Assembly (NCBI GenBank): GCA_976226885.1
Contig: OZ320316.1
Span: 88,102,001 to 88,166,000, forward strand
Source: Iphione sp. A-MEVVRFRX5
Lineage: Eukaryota
Direction of reading: 5' to 3'
Length of the DNA: 64,000 nucleotides
In this document: positions 14,208 through 27,957 of the stretch, piece by piece
How the letters are laid out: each line of letters begins with the position of its first letter
Position numbering within the stretch: position 1 is the first letter of the stretch
The notes under the pieces: model-generated
Database searches by the model: none
What the model was told of the DNA's origin: nothing
The model's input: only the letters and a program-made list of their open reading frames with translations
Position numbers and translations under genes: made by a program

Positions 14208-14530
14208 GGCCAAAAAAATAGGTGTGTTTCTGGTAATGACCACCCTAAAACCTAGGTAGGGAGGGGGTGTATTTTTTTCCACTTTTTCCCTCTGGTTTTC
14301 AATAATAATAAAGAAAATATGACGAATTTTGACCAATTTTCAGTTTTTGCTGAATTTCCATGGATTTTATTGTTTTTGTACTAAATTTGCAAAAATCATG
14401 TGCTGTGAAAACACATATTTAAGAAAATTCAGCCTTGGAAACTCTTTAGGGCCAAAATTTTTTTTAGGTAGGGTGATGTTTTACTAGGTAGGGGGGTTAC
14501 CAGAAACACACCTATTTTTTTTTTTTTGCC
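14208..14530. mobile_element. PIF/Harbinger-type (Tourist-like) MITE, 323 bp
   Basis: Left TIR GGCCAAAAAAATAGGTGTGTTTCTGGTAA at 14208. Right end TTACCAGAAACACACCTA(T)13GCC ends at 14530. TAA lies on both flanks (14205-14207, 14531-14533); TWA duplications are characteristic of PIF/Harbinger. Interior is AT-rich and non-coding, with subterminal (CT)AGGTAGGG motifs. Confidence 0.85.
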
Positions 14531-17426
14531 TAATCCAAATTTTATGTCTTCGGCTTTTGGATATTGTATGGAAACCGTTGGCTGATAAATATTTTATACA
14601 ATTAGCCTTATATATTTGAGACGGAATGAATGATTCCCCATCTTACAAGGAAACGAGAGAAGCGTTAACCGTATCTTTAGAACCTATACTACACAGTGTT
14701 GTAAACTGACACATGAAAAAGTTTCATAACACCGTTCCGTCCCTATATAACTCTGCTTTCCAGGCAGACATCCCACGGGGGATTCAGCATCTTCTGATCT
14801 GCTTCACATCCAAACCAACATGGATTGTCAACAATAATAGGCAAAGTATATGGGTCAATCCGCAAGATATGCTGCTAATGCTTCCCGCCTGGTCGTCGCC
14901 GGTGAAATCGGTTGCGGCCAGGAGGTATCGACGCCATTCGTCACGCCCGGTCGTGCACCTGAGGTCAGTAGTGATGGCTTCATTGTATCCCATCGTCCAC
15001 AATGATAGATACATTGTAACTCGAGGATAATCCAGCTCTTTGCTCTCGTCGCCGTTTTGTAGGCTCGGTTAGCGGCTAACGTCTACCTTCTCTGCCTACA
15101 GACTCGCTACGATTGAGACCAGTAATAATGGAACGATATTCCATCACGCAACTGAATATCAATAGTCGAGGCACTTTTTTATCGCCGGTCGCCCTCGTCT
15201 GACATAAATGCCTTGGGTTGGTTCAATATCGCCATTACACAAGACTGAAAAAGAGAATTACAGGACAGCATATTGAGACCTCGAGGGCCCTTTGAAGTGG
15301 GTATGCTTTATATACGCCTCCATTCAGTTTGAGTGCGTCTTGATATCAGTGGGATGCTGCCATATTTCAGCTGCAATAGCACAAAAAAAAAACGAAAGCG
15401 TAGTAGTAAGTAGTAAGACCGTGTAGGCGACGGTCTGGCTTCAACTGATGGGTTTGGCGTCAGCCGCAGCCTTAGGATTGATTCGGGTTTATCTATAGGG
15501 ACATGAAGTGCATGCCTTGGGCAGAGGGCAAGGGTAGCAAAGAAAGAACGACGTAGAGAGGAATGGCCTTGTATCGCGCCAGGGTCTGAAGGGGATGAGC
15601 GAGGGGCGGGCAAGACGCGGCTCCAAACGGATCAATACCTAAGCAGCGAAAGGAATACGTTCGGTTATCGGTCCCCAAAGAACCGCATGACCTTCCCGAC
15701 ACCGATCAACTGGAGGATATACGAATCGGACATTTCCTAGATAGCTTTTATGGGCATGAAAACAAGGCATTGCTGAGAGCACGTATACTTTATAGAATCA
15801 TACGTTTATCCTAATGGTACTTAGCTACTGTTCTATTGTTCTTTTAGAGAACGTTGATGTTAATCTAAATACGGTCCTTTAGGTTCGGTCTTTGACGTTG
15901 AATCAAAGAACAACGCCTTCAAAGCACTAAGGACACCCATGCTCTAGATAGAACACATATACCCGGTATGTTTGTTCTTTGTGCCTTTCCTCATATACTT
16001 CGTCGCATTCATGCAAAACTAAGAATGTCTAGACGTGTTCTGATAGTTATCTCCTACTTTCTTCAGCATAACATATATACATGAACTAGACTGTTAATTA
16101 CATATTACCTGGTACGAGTATTGTTCTAGATTCTCTTTAAAAACGGATTAGGGATTGAATGTTGTGAAAGCCATTTCCGATAGATTAGATTATCGTGTAT
16201 ACGCAGTAGAACAGTATAGCTAGCCCCGTGAGTCCGATGTATGGTGGATTCAACCGGTCACAATTAAAAAAGTATTTGTTAATACCTTGATGTTTACCAA
16301 AACGGACAGAGAAATATGCCAAATCCATTTTACATTTGTATTCTATTGTTTATCTCTACGCCAGCTTAAGAACCTTTCTCTTCATATGGATTCGGTCGTC
16401 TATTGCATTAGGACCTGGCACAGTGGTAGTCACTCAATTAAGCATGCCTTTGTCTGCATGCTTATGTTTCATTGAAACACTGCATGTTTTACTTTGACAT
16501 GGTCCTAAAATCGAACGGAAAACGCTTAGTTCTACCTGAAAATTATCCACTCAACAATAGTGAAATTAAGAAAGGGGTCTTGACTTTGAAATATCATTAG
16601 TGTTGTCTACCCAATCGAAATGTAACGTACACTGCAGCATTAAATATTAAAAGGAAGCGTGAGCGATTGCATTAGCTTCGTCTTTGGGAAGAAAAAAAAA
16701 CAACAATATCCCATGCCTGCCAGCCAACTATCTATAGTTTGAGATACCAGGGCACAGCTAAAGACCTTGTCGTCTGCACTCTCTGCACTTTGTGTCAGTA
16801 TCGATTTTGTATTCCCAACGGCATCATGCCACGTTTTATTGACAACTTCATCTACTCTCTCAGAGCAACCTGTGCGACAAGATCCTTTGTAGGATTCCTT
16901 TTCAGAGGCCCCTGTGGAATTCTCTGTGTTCCTTTTTGAAGTTACCGGATGGCACACTGTGGTGGCAGTAGAAACGCTCTCTTTTCAACAGTGTAAGTCT
17001 TTTTTTCATCAAGTCTATACTTCACAAGTGTTTTAGGTCTACGAGGCTGGGGGTGCCGCCTATGTTTTGCATGGGGGCTAGCAACGCCAAAGAGAGAGGA
17101 GTATGTTCATTCTTCGGGGTCTGAAAGGAGCGCTACAACTCCATCACTCAGCTATTGCCCCTATTGAGGAGCGAACACGCCCGGTGCTGCATCCGGCGGC
17201 CCTGGTGGCGGGTGTACAAACGGGAATAGTGGGGTGATCACTGACCTGACAAGTGCGGCGTGCATAGTGTACCCGGCCACATCAATCCCGGGCGAGCTAA
17301 AGGTGCCGTTTTTATGATCAGACGTCAGGGAAATATGGCTGGATGTGGGCTCCATTGATCCCCGCTTGCCCGAGCTGTTAGTCATGCTAGGCAAGGCCGA
17401 GGGGGTAATTACGGACGCCAGCCCGC

Positions 17427-17443
17427 ATGGACAGGTGGCGCTC
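17427..17443 (+). promoter_or_regulatory. CTCF-like motif
   Basis: ATGGACAGGTGGCGCTC matches the CTCF core C(C/T)AG(G/A)(T/G)GGCGC(T/C) with upstream mismatches. Confidence 0.3.
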
Positions 17444-20400
17444 GCATCGGCTGTCGGCGAGCCACACTGCCGCCTCCTGGCGACCAGTGTTATGACCACG
17501 CAGTATATCCCCTCCATGGTTTCAGTCCTTAACACTTGATGCATCTACGCTGTGTTTAATATGCCGGCAAAAGGTAATATATAAAGTCGAGGGTCCTAAA
17601 TAACAGCAAGCTCCGCTTTACTTTAGACTCATGAATTCCCTGTCACTACCGAACACAGAACAGATTTTAGCGCAGGCGTCGGCGTGTCAATTAGTGTTAT
17701 CATGGTGGGATGATTTTTCATATAATCACCATAAATCCAAATTTCAACGACAGGCACCATTCTCGGTGTCCACGTAGCGTTAGGAAAGAGAAATTGGGCG
17801 GACGGGTCCATGAATTAGACCGATAGCTGCATTCTCCCATATCCCAGGCCGGTTAACGTTACCGGTATCTGCTCTTAGATTACCCTCACTACCATGAGTT
17901 GCATTAGGATTCGACGTATTTTCACTATAACAAGACGAAAGTAAGCCTAGAGTGCATATAATTATTCCATTGATGATTGTGTGCAGGTGGCTCATGCTTT
18001 TAGGGGGCATAATTGCCTCGGTACAGCATCATGTTTCCCATGTGCGCCGGGAAAGAGAATCCCAGTTTTGGCACCACGGGAACGCATCTTGCCAATCCAC
18101 ATTACCCACACTAACGATCCACTGCATATCCGACTCCGCATCATCGCTGCATTAAGACCAAGGGTTTTAGCTCGGGCTTTAGTTTCGGCGGCTGGAGTGA
18201 CCGTCGATCGTGCTCCTCCTGGAGGCCAGAGGATCAGATCTGGCGGGCCGTGGCGTCCTACTAATGATCGTCAGGTAACCAAGGTGTGCTGACCTCTAGG
18301 GTCGCCGTCTACCCTGACATCACCAACACAACTGGGTCAAGGCTGGCTGCTGGTCGTCGTAATGAATAGATGGCGCCCGGTCCACTGAGCCAACCTCTCA
18401 CATAAAACAATCCTCACGATCGATATCATGCTGAGCACGGCCGGGACGCTCCGGGTGAGGAAGTAGGGGAAACGGCCTCCTCCAAGTGCGGCACCCATGA
18501 CATAGCATGTCGTGCAAATGTTCTAGGGAAACAGCACTTGCTGATACAAAATATATGACACGTTATTTAAACTAAGAGCACCACAAAGGATTCCATGTAC
18601 ATGTATATTAAAGTAATTTTCCTTTTCAGGACAGGGAGACAAGTGTTTTTTTTTTACCTGAGGCTATGTCCCATTTCACATACTACTTACACAATTAGGC
18701 CACATACTTTTGGAATAGTATTGAATAGAAACCGCCAACGAGGACCCGGTAGCTTTGTTATAGCCATAGTTAAAGACACTGCGAGAGTCTCTGCATTCAG
18801 CCACTGTGTCTTTGCAAGTTGCCGGCGTTATGTGGGTCAGATCAACAGTTGCCGTGTCTATAATTCACGCATGCGATAATCATGTCATCTGTAGAAGCCT
18901 ACAGTTGGCCGAGGGGCTGCCTCTTCGGGCTGCACATTAAGATGTCTCTCAGCGCGCGGGGTCCCTCAGAGCTAGTTGACTAAGCCTGGCACTGGCACAA
19001 TGCTGCCCGTTGAAGCGAGCCACGTTGGGTCAGCGACCGCTGGGCTACAACCGGTGTTGATTTTTATGTTGATCTATCATGATGAATGATGTATTAATTG
19101 GGTAGGGGCAAGGGCCGATGGGATTAGTCCTTGCCAGCGAGGCCAAGCCGCATGGATACCACCCTGCCAACTCCGCAATCATAGACAAGTATAAGTCTAA
19201 AATAATAGCGTCATATTTCAGCTCGAGGCAAGACTGCAAGGGAGGCGACTGCTGACAAATTCCCAGGATCTGCGAGCTTAGGATTTTGACATGACTTTCT
19301 GATGCGTTATCAATTTGACTTTTCTAATTTATAGCAGTATGCTCCTTTCATATTTCAACACCACATGTACCGAGAGGGGCGCCGTAAGAAAGAGTATGTT
19401 GCATTCCCCACTTTGATTAGACGGTCAAACACGTTCGCTTCCCCTGTGACAAATGGTGTGAAATAATTAAATTGAATTAGTATTGGTTTCTGGAGAAATG
19501 ACCTTTTCTGCTGTCTCGAATTACTCTGCAATGTTTCAGCACCATTACGCTTGGCCTTATAAAGATGCATGAAAAAGATGGTCATAATCTGAATCGCTAG
19601 AACACAGTCGACCTTAATGAAGAGAGAGACAAATTCTTTACTCCCATCCTTGGAGGAAGTGAGAGCTGAGTTTAAAGAATATTTATTTTACAATTTCCTC
19701 TCCCAAGCGGAAGTCCCTGGCCATCTGTTGAGTGCTGGTTTTGTACAATCAATGAGTTTTCTGCTTAGTTTCTCATTCGGTAAGCTTTATGAACGGGTTT
19801 GCTGAAAATGTTGGTGTTCGTTTTATTGTTTCAGGCAGGAAATGTCGAGTCATTAAAAGTTATGATGAGCCAAAATCAGCAAATGCATTACCACAACGCC
19901 TGTTTTTACATTCCTTCTCTGTTCACAATGAGAAATGGGTTTTCACACTAGGCATCCCATGCTGTGGCCTACAAGCCGCGCATACGGCGCCAATTCAGTA
20001 TCCCTTCTGCTGCATCTCTTATTTAATTCATACTAAGGCCGAAATAACGGTCACTTCCCATTACCGTTTTAGCTTTCCGGTAAGGACGCAAGGAATTTAT
20101 CAACTATCTACATCGTTCCGTCGTATTCATTATGGCCCGTGTAGAAGACATTATTTCCACCTTGTTGGACACAATCTTCAAAAGAAAAGAGGTGGTGACG
20201 GGCTGACCGAAGCCGTCCATTTTTTTTCGACGCTGCAAATTAAGCTTCCAACCAACTAGTTTGTTTTATTCATGGCACATTTGGCGGTGGCTGAGATCTA
20301 CAGACTGTGCTGGGTAAACGGCCCTTCTCCGGGGACTCTGTGATTAGGCCAACTGTCTAAGAGCACTCACTGACGCTACCATCGCACCGCTGCTCGCTTT

Positions 20401-20471
20401 GGCGTTTGCTTTCTTGACAGGGAAGTCCTGGCATGTGGTTAATTTCCCAGATGACTAGAACGGCCTGGGTT

Positions 20472-20511
20472 TAATCCTTGCCAGCGGACCAAGGATTAGA
20501 TAGTTGGATTA
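20472..20511. promoter_or_regulatory. Cluster of three K50-homeodomain (Otx/Pitx/Gsc-type) TAATCC sites, two forming a 9-bp inverted repeat
   Basis: TAATCCTTG-ccagcggac-CAAGGATTA (20472-20498) plus GGATTA at 20506-20511. Confidence 0.35.
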
Positions 20512-21164
20512 TCTATGGTGGGTGTGACCGAAAGTACGTGTAGGGATAATAGTTCTATTTAAAACGCTTAGTCGTATAGTCACTGTGCACGCTCCTATAT
20601 GTATTTTTTGCATAACGACTGGAGCTGGATTGATCTTTGTTTCAATAAGGTTAAGAGACTAACGTTGCACCTAACTGCCGTGGGTCAATGTTATTCGTTG
20701 CGTAGCGCATTGTATTTGGATATTCTTTATGAAGTCACGCATTATCTCCCAATATTTTTCGGTAGTGTTTCAGTCAGACATTCTCCAGCTATTTCAACGG
20801 TGGCTGTTATACAACAGAATGTACATTGGCCCGTCTTAGCCTAGAATTGTTCCAGGTCCCCCCCCCCGCAACAGCTTGTGCAGTAATCGTTGATATTACT
20901 CTTGTTTGTTGCAAGACAGCAGGATATATACAGTCATGTGAGAATCAAACAATTGTCGTTGATCATACCACGTGCTATTTCCTTGCCACAGTATCGTGAT
21001 ACCTTCAGGAAACGGCTCGCGAAATGAGGCTAGAAGACACGCCGCACAAATACAACATACATTGTACAAATGATTTCTGATATATACACCGAAATTAGTT
21101 CATCTCGGCACGCACCGAGATATTAAGTAGCAAAGCCAATTGATTATTCATTAGAACCGATTCG

Positions 21165-21194
21165 ATATGTATATGTATATATATATATATATAT
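21165..21194. repeat. (AT)n microsatellite, slightly interrupted
   Basis: atatgtatatgt(at)n run. Confidence 0.85.
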
Positions 21195-21625
21195 CTACAG
21201 AAGTAATAATGGCCTACTAGCCGATGCACACTGGGCATTGCGATTGAGTCCTCAGGGACGGTCGGGCTACACACAGGCACTCAACTCAGCAGACACGTAA
21301 GACGCTCTTAGAAATCTCCAAAAACATGACGGTGATTAACAGGGAAGTCACAATAAGGCTCCCGTCGGTACAGACCAGTGAGGGGGTGTGATTCATTCTT
21401 AATCAAGCACACCGCTGTTTCTGTGCCAAGATTCCCCCTCTATTTTCTGCCGTGTTGCCAGGGAAATCCCGACTCGGGAATCTCTACTAGCTATGCCCGA
21501 TCAGGCCTAATGCCACTGGAAAAGCCAATAAAGACTCGCTCCATTTTCGGATATCTCCTGTTCCTTCCTGTCACTAATCCCGTGAATGTAGTCAAACGAC
21601 CTCAGCCCAGGCTTCCGACTCAGGA

Positions 21626-21642
21626 AGGTCATTTAAAGGTCA
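21626..21642 (+). promoter_or_regulatory. Perfect DR5 element (canonical RARE geometry)
   Basis: AGGTCA-TTTAA-AGGTCA. The second half-site is also an NBRE-type AAAGGTCA. Confidence 0.5.
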
Positions 21643-22842
21643 GGCGATTGGGTCGAAGTTTTGGAGGGATTTGCCGGGGCAACGTGTTAAAGCCCACACA
21701 TGAAAGTTGCCAAGCCGAAGGCCACTAGCCGTCTCCATAATCTGCAGAGGACTCCCAGTTATTGCCTGGGAGTGGCATCGAACCGCCTGGAAGTGAGCCC
21801 AGATAGACGCCCTTTACTTGAGGAAGACTTAGAGCAGGAAATCAAAGTTTATATCAAGGGAGAAGGCAAGGACACATTGCATCAGGCAGTGTTTCACCGG
21901 GGGTTATAAGACAACATGTGGGTACAGACACCATAGACATTCAAGGTGAAAGTTGATCGCGCTCGGGTTCTTGTGGTGTGAGTAAATGTTATAAGGCATT
22001 TTTATGTTAAAATCTACAGATAATTTATGCTTTAGATATAGATTTTGTTTCAAATTGCACGGATACATGATAGATGCATTGTGATTTTAGCTACGTTCTA
22101 TCACACGGTGGGAAGGTACTTGCCGGAGTAGACGATGGAAATAGTGTTCATGTTAACACGACACTCGGCCCAAAATGTGGCCTTTCTCGGCGGTATCCAC
22201 AGACTCAACGGAAATGACAAAGATAAGGTTTCTTGAATCATCAACATGGAATCCTAAACGCACATAATTGTGTGAACAAAGGGAAGCAACTGTAGCGTTG
22301 TCACATATGCAACTGCCTTTTGTTTCTTTCCCTCAGTAATAGAAAGGCGACTTGCATCCATCACCTACTACTATGGCGACGTTGATTGCCACCAGGCTCG
22401 TCCAGTTCTAAGCCACGCGCACTCCCAATAAATGCCTATAGTCTGAGGCCTGCCGGCCGCAGCCAGTAGACGTAGAGGTGATGGTCAGTTTACGGCAGTG
22501 TTGGCCATCAGCAGACCGGGCGGCGCCCATTTGATGGTCACCATCAAAGGTTGGAGCTGTCAGCGGTGACTTATGGCCCAATCTACACCCATTTCCCCAC
22601 CCATTCTGCCTGCTGCAAGCCAACGGGCCGTCCCCGCCGACATTCTTATCGCCAGAGCGACAAGAGGTTGTAAGGGTTGGTCGTGTATCGTCTTCCACAC
22701 GCCTGTCGTGTACACTATGCAGCTTCGGCTTGCGCCCTCACGAGAGGACCTCAAAGGATTGAAGACAGAAACAAGGGGTGGATGCTGGATACGCCCAAAG
22801 GGACAATAGCCAGTAGCAAATCATTTTAAAGATGCTGAAAAT

Positions 22843-22856
22843 GTTGCCATAGGAAC
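22843..22856. promoter_or_regulatory. RFX X-box-like motif
   Basis: GTTGCC-AT-AGGAAC fits the GTHNYY-AT-RRNAAC consensus. Confidence 0.3.
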
Positions 22857-24989
22857 ACCATCCCCACAACTGAAGAAAAATACAGGAAAGGTCAAAGTTT
22901 CAATACCATTTTATTGCATTAGTTGATAAATTACAAAGTATATTTTACAACTCGAAATATAAGAAGTATATTCGAAAAGGAACATTGCTCAGGCGCCTAC
23001 GTTTTACGGGTGTGTTTCAAGTCGTGTTAGTATAGATCTAGAAAGGTTTTTGTTCAATTTTAAAGGCCATGAAACATTTTGAACAGTCACTTAATAAATT
23101 TGGCTATATTGATCCTTTCAAATTAAGTGTTGTACAAAGTTTAGTATTAGTGAAAATTTCATGATCTTGGTCAATGGCCGGTTTCTAGGCAAAAGGTTAA
23201 TAGCCCAACCTCCCAGACGAGGAAATAGGCTCCGTTCCTTGTTCTAAGAATGGAGGAGCCCCAAGGAAATGGGTGCCAAGGACTGCTCACAGTGGAAACC
23301 TTACGGGCACTTTGACCTTTTTATTTTAACGAACAAACACATGAGCACCAGCGAATACTCAGTAGGTAACCGAAGGTGTATTACCACACCATACGATATG
23401 GACGACCCATATATGCCCGCTATATGAGCTATCCAAGATAGCCATTCGGCCGGACGAAATTTCCTTCTCTCTGTATTAAAAGACCTTAAACCACTCTGAT
23501 TTGCATTCAGCATTATTAATTTCGAGCTTTAGATATCAGAAGTAATCTTGCGATCTATATAACAACTTTACCTTTTTACATAAGGTGTCTAGAATTGGCT
23601 TTTGATAAATGAAGTAAAACCTCCCAAGGAGAGGAGTGCCATTTACATAATTGGAGCGATTATGAGCCCTGTGCTGTTTCAAAATGTGGAATGGCCTTGT
23701 CCGAGTTTTTAGGTCTTGGGCGGCGGCACTGGATGTGATGACGGATGTCAGTGGCGAGCTGGTAATTGTGTAGGAGGACCGATGTTTCTGCCTAATGATA
23801 GCCTCAGTGTAGGTTTGAAACTGACTGACAGGAAGTGCCCTAGACAAATGACCTGACAGGGGACTAGATAGACTGCTGTTTCGGCAGGAAGCAGTCCTTC
23901 CGTTGACTGACAAATAGAGACGCATGGGGCCCTATTGCTCACGGGCCTCAATGGGTGGCCGTCGTGTCGTGGCTTTTGATAAAAGCCACGGGATCGACTA
24001 ATATAGAGACATGTTCTGTTCACCCTTACGTTATTAATTAGCTCACCGCCTTTCTTCTTAATTCACCAAACAGGTTACAGCGGGGACAGTTAACCGTAGA
24101 GGAACATTAATTTATTCTGGACAAAGATTTTCAGAGAAGATAAAAGTTATCTCCAGAATAACGATTAACGAAGAAATGGGTCATTTGAATGGAGCCGTCA
24201 CTTCGTGCCTAGGTTTCATCATGACTGCGGTATGACCACCCGTTAAATGAACAATGAGTACGAGCCTGACCTCCGCCAAATTGAAAAGCATGATTTTTTT
24301 TATCCGATACAAACCACATCTGCTGACAAATTTATACGCAGCAGCGGCTCTAACGTAACGGCTTCCCTCGATATATTGGTAGCTGGAAATTGTTCCCACA
24401 AGCACCAATGTCATCCAACGGTACATTAAGTCATCCTACTATACCGCATGAGAAACAGCTTAGAAAGACATCAGTGAGGAGTGATACCTCCTGTCTGTGT
24501 TTTATAATGCTGTCAAGATCGGATTACTTGGTATTAACTATCTCTCCCCGGAATCTTCATGTCTAGGTAATGTAAAGATTGACACTACCAGAGGCAAGTG
24601 TCTCCCTATAGGCGCCATCTAACGACGATCGTGCAAAGTTTGCAGAGAAGATGCCTCGCTGCACGGAAGAGGAGTTTTAAATCCTTTAAGACAATTGATT
24701 CCTCCGGGAATGACGAGGCCTCTATGACATGTGCCTAAAGCCATCCTTCTACCTCAATGTTAGAAGTCTGCGTAGATTGATGAGACGTTGACGTTCTGCT
24801 TGACCGTTGAGAAGAGCTTTCAAAATGTGTAAATTGGAATATAGTCAGGTCGCGTATAGCCGTTTGCATATTATTGATTGAGAATGGTGAGGGAACATGA
24901 TCCGTGATCCGTGCAATGTGATATTCTGCAATATCTGCTACCGACCAGACTAATACGCCACTAATTAAATGGTGGAAATAAGAGCGAAG

Positions 24990-26930
24990 AGAAAAAAATT
25001 ATGCCTTTCATTACGTCGGCTACAAATACATGTATAAAGATTGAAATAAAATGCATCAGCAGTATGGTTATCGGAGAGTCCCTCATTGATAAACACGAAT
25101 CAAACGTAAGATTTCTATTCTTCGTGCAATTGCATCTAACGTATCAGTTTAATGGATTCGAAAGTAATACGTGCAGGTTTCTTTGGCGTTTTTACAAATT
25201 CCAGTGTAGTGCATATCCGCACACTTTTATAAAAAGCTCTGTCAATGATCTGATTGCAAGTATGTATTTAAATTAGTAGACACCTGAAGCTTGGAGCAAG
25301 ATTGTAAGAAAACAGGCCCGTTTGAACGCTATGATATGATTAGAATATTGGTGGAGGATGAGGCAGTGATACAGATGTAAATGAGACTTTTATTCAGTAT
25401 CATTATGCTTGGGTAGGATTTGAATATTTCATTGGCAACTGCAGCTTGGATAAAACTAATACAAGATAGTCGTATAGTTTATCAGGAGAAAAGCGACCAC
25501 TATTATGTCACAGCGAACGATACAAAGCGGCAGGATTTGTTGTAACACAATATTCACTGAAGATACCATACAACGAAATACATTTATGTCCAATATGTTC
25601 TCGGTTATGTTCAATTACGATATATCAGATTTGAGGACATAATATATGTTGAATTGATTTAATGGATAATATATACAGGTGATAATAAACATATGAGAAT
25701 GAAAGAAGGCAATGGTAAAACTATTGGATTTCCTAGTATCTAGGTGTGCTACATATAGGCATTTCTTTTAATTATGGATCTGTGAATTGTAATAAGCATA
25801 ATGTGGCTATACATATATTTCGTTTGTTGAACTTCTTACTCCATGCCCAAGTATAAGCGCAACATTCTACTCATATGTCCTTTCTTGTTGCTTAATTGAA
25901 CTCTCATCATCTTACAGTGGGTGGTGCTGTGTTTCCACCGCCATCGTTTTAATTTAGTTCTTAAATTCTCGTCTGACTCTCTCCACAGGAAGTGACCGAC
26001 ATATTGCTTCGAGTTACCCGACATCCATCTGGAAACCGAAGACAATTTCTTGCCACAACTTCTACTGTTGATTTATTTTCTTGATATTAGCTTTAATTTA
26101 ACATTATGTCGCATGTTAAGGTCAGAATCAATCTGTTTCGCATGATGGATTCGTAAAAATATCGATTTATATCCTCAACACAAAGCCTTTTGTATCCATA
26201 TGCAACATTTACAGGTTGCTTGTTTTGCTATTGTTACATTTCCTAGAAGCAAGGTGCTCAGTTTACTGCAATACGAAGGCCATGGGAATACTATATTATG
26301 GAGCATGTTACCAAGGAAAATTACTAGGTGGTTATACATGCCACAATGTTCATCGATTGACCGCAAATGCCAGATGTTCGGACCTGCGCTGAATGGACAA
26401 TGGGCCTGAGTTCATGCTACAGCCTATTGAAAAGATTAAACAATGAGAAGTGGATACGAGGATAGGTCCTTGAGTGATACGACCGTCCACTTCTTTGATT
26501 AGCGATTCACTCCTTTCTGTTAACACGAAGGGATACCTGCAAATCAAATATTACTATTCCTTTGAGGAGTGGAGTGTCAATGCTTTCCCGTATTAATTGA
26601 ATAAAGGTACATATATGCATGATGACAATGACACCGGAGCATATATTATCAGTGAGGTTCCTATTGCAGACTTTATCAAAATAAAGGCGCTTTCTAAAGT
26701 CATACCGGTAATTCAACAATGGTCATCACTTCTAAGATTATTGGTAGGAATGTTAATAACCAGTACTCCGTTTCTCTCCTACGCTGGGAAGATCAATAGA
26801 CCTGTATTTTGTACGACGTTACTTGGGTTCAACCATGTAGCGAAGAAAAACATATCTGATTTACCCATCTATCTAATTTCTAATTGAAAGGTAGCAGTTG
26901 CGTGCCAGTTGTCCTTTTCCTTCTTGATAT
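24990..26930 (-). mobile_element. Highly decayed CR1/L2-type LINE reverse transcriptase and C-terminal fossil
   Basis: Minus-strand motifs in order: KEKDN..NCYLSI (~26925-26890, cf. KKG..NYRPISL), YDFRKRLYFDKV (~26705-26670, cf. LDFSKAFDKV with an insertion), EVDGRITQGPILVS..LIF (~26495-26430, cf. V.SGVPQGSILGPLLFLIF), MMRVQLSNKKGHM and LYLG (~25910-25845, cf. W.M.FN..KC.VM, KYLG), LHWNL*KRQRNL (~25212-25175, cf. L.W..L..RR..RL). Many stops and frameshifts. Confidence 0.55.
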
Positions 26931-27167
26931 TATTATCAGTTACAGTAAGTAATATTCATTAAAATAAAATTTTAAAGACTGATGTAAACCCCCATTGTGT
27001 ACCCGGCCTCTAGATCTTGTACCTAACTCATTATTAGTGCATTTGGTAATATATGTCTTAGGATTGGAAATAATCCTTCTTGGGCATTGTGCAATATCCA
27101 TCATTCATAATTACCATTGTCACAACATCACCGATCACAATCATAATGTCAGTGACCCATACCTCAC

Positions 27168-27300
27168 NNNNNNNNNNNNNNNNNNNNNNNNNNNNNNNNN
27201 NNNNNNNNNNNNNNNNNNNNNNNNNNNNNNNNNNNNNNNNNNNNNNNNNNNNNNNNNNNNNNNNNNNNNNNNNNNNNNNNNNNNNNNNNNNNNNNNNNNN
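27168..27300. other. Assembly gap (133 N)
   Basis: Run of N, preceded by degenerate (CAT/CAC)-rich low-complexity sequence at ~27090-27167. Confidence 0.99.
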
Positions 27301-27957
27301 TCCTTATGCAAATACTGCGAATTTTTTTGAATATGGTAAGGTCATCAATAACCATCCAGCACCCCCTAACATACCACACACCTATCATATATCTATTCAC
27401 AAAAAAAGAACTAAGGCTAAGAAGATATTGCAGAGACGTTCTCATATGAGACCGTCCCACATCCAGTATACTTGCATGTCTTGAAACTCGCTCACATCCA
27501 TATTAATCTTTGTCATGTCTAAAGTATTGAGTCACTCAAATATCCCCCTGCAAGACTCTGGAAAAGTAAGGCCAACTTGGCCTCCCCCCAATCCAGAAAT
27601 AAAGAAGTGTTTAAAAAAAAAAAAAATTTGGGGCGTGAAAGCAGGTTTCATGTTCTCTCCTTATTATCATTCACGATTAGTCAACTAGGGGATTATCTAA
27701 ACTCCTGCAGTGACAATGCCTTTCTTATCTTTGACATTTATCCAATATCCATTCGCACCATATATGTTATTTGGCCTTGGTAGCAGCATAGTGCCGTTTG
27801 GCTGTTCTGAAGAAGTTTCTATTTTCAGTCTTAGTCGCTTTAGTTCCTGTCAGTCTTCAGTACATGAATCTGTACGAAGTGCTAACATGATAGTTTCATT
27901 TCCTTTTCTACATGAAGTAGCCAAGGGTAATCACGGGGACTCCATATTGTCAGTGCT

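Noticed and set aside
19789-20259. 156-aa plus-strand ORF
   Set aside because: No recognisable domain and composition resembles translated non-coding DNA.
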